From the UHGV virus genome UHGV-0007863: DNA of 38,717 nucleotides. The stretch is one strand, 5' to 3'. The DNA is from a virus. This document shows, piece after piece, positions 34,013 to 38,717 of the stretch. The notes under the pieces are model-generated. The model made no database searches. It had not been told where the DNA came from and saw nothing but the letters and a program-made list of their open reading frames with translations. Made by a program: the position numbers and the translations under genes. The stretch's first letter is position 1, and each line of letters begins with the position of its first letter.

Positions 34013-36142
34013 ATGACGGTCTCAACCGAAGTTGACCACAACGAATACACCGGTAACGGCGTTACGACATCGTTTCCGTATACTTTTCGAATTTTCAGAA
34101 AATCAGACCTGGTTGTTCAGGTGTCTGACCTGAACGGGAACGTAACAGAATTGGTCCTGGATACCGGTTATACGGTAACTGGGGCGGGCACTTATAGTGG
34201 CGGTTCTGTGGTTCTTCTGTCTCCGCTTGCTACTGGATGGCGAATTACGATAGATCGTGTGCTTGATGTAGTGCAGGAGACAGACCTTCGCAATCAGGGA
34301 AAATTTTTCCCCGAAGTGCATGAAGATGCCTTTGACTACCTGACGATGCTGATCCAGCAATGTTTTGGGTGGTTCAGACGTGCATTGATGAAGCCCTCTC
34401 TGCTTGCAAAATATTACGATGCAAAGCAAAACAGAATTTCTAACCTTGCAGATCCATCACTTGAGCAGGATGCTGTAAATAATCGCTCAATGCGTAATTA
34501 TGTCGATGCTGCAATCGCCGGGGTTGTTGGTGGTTTTGGTTGGTTTATTCAGTATGGTTCTGGGGCTGTGCACCGAACGTTCCAGGATAAGATGAGAGAC
34601 ACCATTAGTGTTCGTGATTTTGGTGCAAAAGGAGACGGCATAACAGATGATACTGTAGCAATTCAAAATGCTATTAATGCAGTACCAGAAGGGGCTATAC
34701 TTGGATTTTATGGTGGTGAATTTGTTTTTGATAAGGTTGAATTGTTTAAGCCAATAACATTAGTTGGTGATGCAACGTTAATTCACAACGGATTTAGAAT
34801 AAAATCTAGCAGAATCCGATCACTTTTATCTGGCGTTCAGAAATGCAAGGATTACTCCGAGTCTTCAAGAGCATTTTATTGCTATGCAAATGAAGACCAA
34901 AGAGATTATGACGATATTCAGATTTTATTTAATAGATTTGAAGGTTTCTTTTACTCTACGGCATTTGTTGCAAAAAACTATTATTTGGAGAATGACCCTA
35001 ATTCAAGAATTGTCAAAAACACAAAAGTAATAGGGTGTACATCAGTTGCTCCTGATTCTGTAAATGCCGGTCATTTTCAACATATAGGCGTTACAAATGC
35101 TGAAACATCACATAACTCAACTTATGGCGGACAAAATGCAACATCATACAACTTCATTAACCAGAATGGATTTGTAAGGATTATAGGAAATTATGACCAT
35201 AACAATAGCTATGGTTCATGTGAGCTTGAGAACTCAATGGTGAGTAACTCAGTCATATCAGGTAATACGTTTTCGTCATATTTATGGGTGGATGATACAA
35301 GTAATGTTACTATTTCTGGAAATACAGTTTCATCAGGGATCAAAGTAACATCGCAAACTGACGATGTTCATAATATAACCATATCAGCAAATACCACAAA
35401 ACGGATTACTATAGAGCAATTTGGAGAATCTCCAACAGGTCTGGTATATGGTGCATTAATTTCCTGCAACACTATTACTGGCGACAGTGATGGAAGTTCA
35501 GACATTTTATGTACGTCACTTGTTACAGGTGAAATTTCATCAAATTATTGTCATGGATCAGAAAAAAATATATCAATTGTCCGCCTGGATTCTTCTGATA
35601 TAACCGTTAGAAACAATAAAGGAAACAAAGGATTACTTACAATAAGTAACGATGGTGGAAGGATAATTGAATATGGCAATGATTCTATGGTTCTGTCTGG
35701 AAGCATAGATAGCAGACATATACATAATTTATTACATCCAGACACATCGTATTTAGATCTACCGGGGAAATATCTGCACGGAACTAAATATACTGGCAGT
35801 ATCCCCCCCGGTTCCACAGGAACTGTATCACTTCAAATACCATCAGGGGCAAGCCTTGTTTTCAGGGGGGTTTCTATATGGGTTCTAATTAGAGATGTTA
35901 GCAATAACAATATATCGTCATTCAGAATTGATGGTTCATATAGAGTTGTTGGTGGAAGTGTTGGTCTTAGTTTTGCTGATGCTTATTCGAAACTCGGGGT
36001 GGATGCAAACTCTATAACAGTGTCAAACAATAACAGCACTTCTGACAATATCAGCATAGCAATTAAAAACACAGATTCATCAAAAACCCTTCAGGTTACT
36101 GTTATGCCGGAGGTTTCAAGCAGGTTAGGTATTGAGGAATAG
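34013..36142 (+). CDS. Tail fiber / tailspike with T7 gp17-like N-terminal adaptor domain and beta-helix-like, AT-rich distal domain
   Basis: 709 aa; N-terminus parallels the T7 tail-fiber N-terminal pattern; distal part has repeats such as NVTISGNTVSSGIKV...NITISANTTK; base composition turns AT-rich from about 34600. Confidence 0.75.
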   Translation: MTVSTEVDHNEYTGNGVTTSFPYTFRIFRKSDLVVQVSDLNGNVTELVLDTGYTVTGAGTYSGGSVVLLSPLATGWRITIDRVLDVVQETDLRNQGKFFPEVHEDAFDYLTMLIQQCFGWFRRALMKPSLLAKYYDAKQNRISNLADPSLEQDAVNNRSMRNYVDAAIAGVVGGFGWFIQYGSGAVHRTFQDKMRDTISVRDFGAKGDGITDDTVAIQNAINAVPEGAILGFYGGEFVFDKVELFKPITLVGDATLIHNGFRIKSSRIRSLLSGVQKCKDYSESSRAFYCYANEDQRDYDDIQILFNRFEGFFYSTAFVAKNYYLENDPNSRIVKNTKVIGCTSVAPDSVNAGHFQHIGVTNAETSHNSTYGGQNATSYNFINQNGFVRIIGNYDHNNSYGSCELENSMVSNSVISGNTFSSYLWVDDTSNVTISGNTVSSGIKVTSQTDDVHNITISANTTKRITIEQFGESPTGLVYGALISCNTITGDSDGSSDILCTSLVTGEISSNYCHGSEKNISIVRLDSSDITVRNNKGNKGLLTISNDGGRIIEYGNDSMVLSGSIDSRHIHNLLHPDTSYLDLPGKYLHGTKYTGSIPPGSTGTVSLQIPSGASLVFRGVSIWVLIRDVSNNNISSFRIDGSYRVVGGSVGLSFADAYSKLGVDANSITVSNNNSTSDNISIAIKNTDSSKTLQVTVMPEVSSRLGIEE

Positions 36143-36170
36143 CATCATATATAATTATTTTAATGTTAAT

Positions 36171-36197
36171 GCCGTCTTCTTGTTGGCGGCTTATTTG
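36171..36197 (+). terminator. Terminator-like hairpin after the tail-fiber gene
   Basis: GCCGTC-N8-GGCGGC (one G-U pair) followed by TTATTT. Confidence 0.45.
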
Positions 36198-36218
36198 TGA
36201 AAATCGAATGAGTTATCT

Positions 36219-36518
36219 ATGATGAATATAGAAGTTGATATAACACCAATTCTTCACGCACTTTGCGCTGTTGTCGCACAAGTTCTTGTTGGTCTTTTTA
36301 CCGGAAACTGGGCTTACGGTGCGATAGCCGGTTGTACGTTCTTCATTGCGCGTGAACACACCCAGGCAGAATATCGCTGGATAGAAAAGTTTGGGAAAGG
36401 GAAACGTATCAACATGCCGTGGTGGGGAGGTTTTGATCCGCGCGTATGGGATGTTGGAAGCCTGTTTGACTTTGTTGTTCCTGTTACTGTTTGTTTTTGT
36501 GTTTATTTCTCTATTTGA
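36219..36518 (+). CDS. Hypothetical membrane protein between tail fiber and lysis cassette
   Basis: 99 aa with hydrophobic N- and C-terminal segments; weak Shine-Dalgarno. Confidence 0.45.
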   Translation: MMNIEVDITPILHALCAVVAQVLVGLFTGNWAYGAIAGCTFFIAREHTQAEYRWIEKFGKGKRINMPWWGGFDPRVWDVGSLFDFVVPVTVCFCVYFSI

Positions 36519-36740
36519 CTGCTACCGCGCCATTTGATGGTGCGGAATTCAACTAATCCTCTATATTTTGAATCATTTCTGTACTGCAATCTCTTCAGAG
36601 TTATGTAAAAGGCAAGCCTTATTATCGACATGAAAGGAAGGGGATTGACAATACATGGGTAACAAAAAACCATAAATGGTTTATCATGCATAATGCCTTT
36701 ACTATTCAGGAGGTAGTTATGCATATAAACGGTGGAAAAC

Positions 36741-37145
36741 ATGTCAGCTCAACTAACCAGTGAAACTTTAAATCAGTGGCTTAGCATGAGTTCTCTGGCG
36801 GCGGTGATAGCAGGAGTTCCTCCTGAGGTTGCTTTGGGGGCTTTGGCTGGGGCGGTAATTTTTGTTACCTCTGCGGTAGAGTATCCTATTCGTCGTCGTG
36901 TACTCTTGTCGATGCTTAGCTTTCTCTGCGGCCTTCTTTTTTATAAACCAGCAGCATCAATTCTTATCGGCATAGCCAGCCTGATCCCTACCATCACGCA
37001 GGACTCTTTTGAAAAAGGGATTGTTTTCTCAGTTGGCGCATTCGTGTCAGCAATTGTTGCTGTGCGTATTGGTATATGGCTCTATCACCGTTCCGATAAT
37101 CCACGCGAGTTAATTCCGGGGAGAAAAGACGATGGTAACGCATGA
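36741..37145 (+). CDS. Putative holin
   Basis: ATG 36741 with GGTGG 5 nt upstream; ~134 aa with three to four hydrophobic helices and a charged C-terminus; first gene of the lysis cassette. Confidence 0.55.
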   Translation: MSAQLTSETLNQWLSMSSLAAVIAGVPPEVALGALAGAVIFVTSAVEYPIRRRVLLSMLSFLCGLLFYKPAASILIGIASLIPTITQDSFEKGIVFSVGAFVSAIVAVRIGIWLYHRSDNPRELIPGRKDDGNA

Positions 37146-37440
37146 GTTTTTTTTGCTTATCACCAATGCAGTTATTTGTACTGGCATAGCAATTCGCGTT
37201 GTCACATTCCGGCGTAACGGCTCTCAACATCGAAGATGGGGAGGGTGGCTTGCTTATTTCCTTATTGTTGCTGCGGCCAGTATTCCTGTTCGTGTCGTCT
37301 ATGCAATCTGGTTACGCACGCCAATGGCTGTGGATTTATCTGAGGTCATTATCAACGCTGTCATGCTCGCCGCGGTTATTAAAACACGCGGTAACGTTGT
37401 TCAGATTTTCAAAATATCGAGGTCTAAACATGGAGATTAA
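37132..37440 (+). CDS. Second small membrane protein of the lysis cassette (holin or antiholin-like)
   Basis: 102 aa with at least two transmembrane segments; overlapping stop/start with holin and endolysin. Confidence 0.45.
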   Translation: MVTHEFFLLITNAVICTGIAIRVVTFRRNGSQHRRWGGWLAYFLIVAAASIPVRVVYAIWLRTPMAVDLSEVIINAVMLAAVIKTRGNVVQIFKISRSKHGD

Positions 37441-38059
37441 ACAATTCCAGCGAGCTGCTGGTATTAGCGAGTCGCTGGCCGCACGCTGGTTCTCGCATAT
37501 AACTTCTGCGATGAAAGAGTTTGGTATCAGCAAAGCAGAAGATCAGGCAATGTTTATTGCTCAGGTCGGGCATGAGTCTGGGGGCTTCACCCGGTTGCAG
37601 GAGAATTTCAACTACAGCGTCAGCGGTCTGGCTAACTTTGTTCGGGCTGGGCGTCTCACTCAGGGACAGGCCAACGCATTGGGGCGACGCGCAGGCGAAC
37701 CACCATTGCCACCTGAGCGCCAGAGAGCGATTGCCAATCTGGTGTACAGCAAACGCATGGGTAACAATGCTCCTGGCGATGGCTGGAACTACCGTGGGCG
37801 CGGACTTATCCAGATTACCGGTTTGAATAACTATCGTGATTGTGGAAACGCTCTTAAGGTTGACCTGCTGGAGAGTCCTGAATTGCTGGCGCAGGACGAA
37901 TACGCGGCTCGTAGCGCGGCGTGGTTCTTCTCCAGCAAAGGCTGCATGAAGTATACCGGAGATATTGCACGTGTAACTCTGCTTATCAATGGTGGCCGGA
38001 ACGGCATTGATGACCGGCGCGCGCGATACATCACTGCCAGTAAGGTGCTGGCGTTATGA
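37430..38059 (+). CDS. Endolysin, glycoside hydrolase family 19-like (chitinase-fold lysozyme)
   Basis: ATG 37430 in frame within ORF 37199-38059; motifs [12 protein letters not shown] and [12 protein letters not shown] recalled as typical of GH19-type endolysins; position between holin and spanins. Confidence 0.65.
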   Translation: MEIKQFQRAAGISESLAARWFSHITSAMKEFGISKAEDQAMFIAQVGHESGGFTRLQENFNYSVSGLANFVRAGRLTQGQANALGRRAGEPPLPPERQRAIANLVYSKRMGNNAPGDGWNYRGRGLIQITGLNNYRDCGNALKVDLLESPELLAQDEYAARSAAWFFSSKGCMKYTGDIARVTLLINGGRNGIDDRRARYITASKVLAL

Positions 38060-38553
38060 TCTGGGCATTCGCAAAAGCATACTGGAAACAGTTGGTTATC
38101 ATGGCGATGCTTGCTGTTCTGGTCATATCAGGAGTTGTAGCCTGGAATGCACACGGCATTCGTCAGTACGACGCCGGGTATGCGCAGGCACAGGAAGATC
38201 AGAAACAGGCTGATGATAAGGCCAGGTCACAACGTGATCAGGAGAAAACACAAATTGAACGTGAAGCACAATCCCGTATCGATGTGGCGCGTGTTGATGC
38301 TGAGCATGCTAATGCCGCTGCTGACAGCCTGCGCGCCGAGCTTGACAAAACCAAGCGACTCGCCGAACACTATACCGGATCTTTCCCCACTGGCACGCCA
38401 GCCAGCAAGGTCATCGGTGTGCTCGCCGACATGCTTGAAGAAAGCAACCGAGTTTACAACGCAACAGCAACTGAGGCTGAAAAGTATCGGATTGCAGGAG
38501 AATCCTGCGAACAGCAATACGATTCACTGAAGAAGCAAAAATCGTGGCACTGA
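38056..38553 (+). CDS. i-spanin (Rz-like)
   Basis: 165 aa; N-terminal transmembrane helix, charged coiled-coil periplasmic domain; immediately after the endolysin. Confidence 0.65.
   Translation: MIWAFAKAYWKQLVIMAMLAVLVISGVVAWNAHGIRQYDAGYAQAQEDQKQADDKARSQRDQEKTQIEREAQSRIDVARVDAEHANAAADSLRAELDKTKRLAEHYTGSFPTGTPASKVIGVLADMLEESNRVYNATATEAEKYRIAGESCEQQYDSLKKQKSWH
38282..38530 (+). CDS. o-spanin (Rz1-like lipoprotein) nested in the +1 frame of the i-spanin gene
   Basis: [16 protein letters not shown]|C lipobox-type signal, Pro-rich mature region; entirely inside 38056-38553. Confidence 0.6.
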   Translation: MWRVLMLSMLMPLLTACAPSLTKPSDSPNTIPDLSPLARQPARSSVCSPTCLKKATEFTTQQQLRLKSIGLQENPANSNTIH

Positions 38554-38558
38554 TTTCC

Positions 38559-38569
38559 GGTGACGGTAT
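38559..38569. repeat. GGTGACGGTAT, copy of the left-end arm-like 11-mer
   Basis: Identical to 126-136; followed by a partial repeat AACGGTACGGTG. Confidence 0.3.
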
Positions 38570-38684
38570 ATAAAACGGTACGGTGAAAATCAGGTTGCAG
38601 AAAGTTATTATCAGTCAATTGGTTATGTGTGTCGTAAATAATTGAGTGGGAATGATTTTGATCCCTGCACTATGAATGAACAAA

Positions 38685-38710
38685 ACCCTCTGTTACTACA
38701 GAGGGTTTTT
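38685..38710. repeat. Terminator-like hairpin ACCCTCTGTTACTACAGAGGGTTTTT; candidate attR core (right prophage boundary)
   Basis: 24/26 identical to 48-73; also serves as terminator of the lysis operon. Confidence 0.4.
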
Positions 38711-38717
38711 TATCTTC

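Noticed and set aside
36219-36518. Calling the 99-aa membrane protein after the tail fiber an O-antigen acetyltransferase or GtrA-like conversion gene
   Set aside because: It is too short for an acyltransferase-3 protein and no diagnostic motif was recognised; left as hypothetical.
1-38717. CRISPR array or T7-type phage RNA-polymerase promoters
   Set aside because: No array of regularly spaced direct repeats was seen, and there is no RNA polymerase gene or 23-bp T7-like promoter consensus despite the T7-like virion module.

Overview
The window is almost entirely one temperate-phage (prophage) genome of about 38.6 kb, bounded by two near-identical terminator-like hairpins (48-73 and 38685-38710). 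It is a mosaic: a P4-type tyrosine integrase at the left end; a minus-strand early-left operon (Ser/Thr phosphatase, MT-A70 DNA methyltransferase, AlpA-like regulator, Bet/RecT-type annealing protein, RecE-like exonuclease); a lambdoid immunity switch (dual-HTH repressor divergent from a Cro-like gene); an O-like initiator and a lambda-P-like helicase loader; a nin-like block of accessory genes; terminase small and large subunits; a phage-encoded tRNA-Arg(UCU); a T7-like structural module in T7 gene order (portal, scaffold, capsid, tail tubular, internal virion proteins, tail fiber with T7 gp17-like N-terminus); and a lysis cassette at the far right (holin, second membrane protein, endolysin, nested Rz/Rz1 spanins). 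The two strongest observations are (1) a 15-bp palindrome TTACC-N5-GGTAA present as 8 perfect and about 5 near-perfect copies, the perfect ones all intergenic at the heads of transcription units, with an OR1-OR2-OR3-like triplet between the repressor and cro-like genes; and (2) a near-consensus LexA box in front of a small minus-strand gene embedded in the late region, which, with a repressor lacking a recognisable autocleavage domain, suggests an SOS-controlled antirepressor circuit. Also noted: a 12-bp perfect palindrome GTGACATGTCAC in three copies, iteron-like repeats inside the initiator gene, and an AT-rich tail-fiber distal domain. All functional calls come from reading the translations and recalled family motifs; no database search was run.
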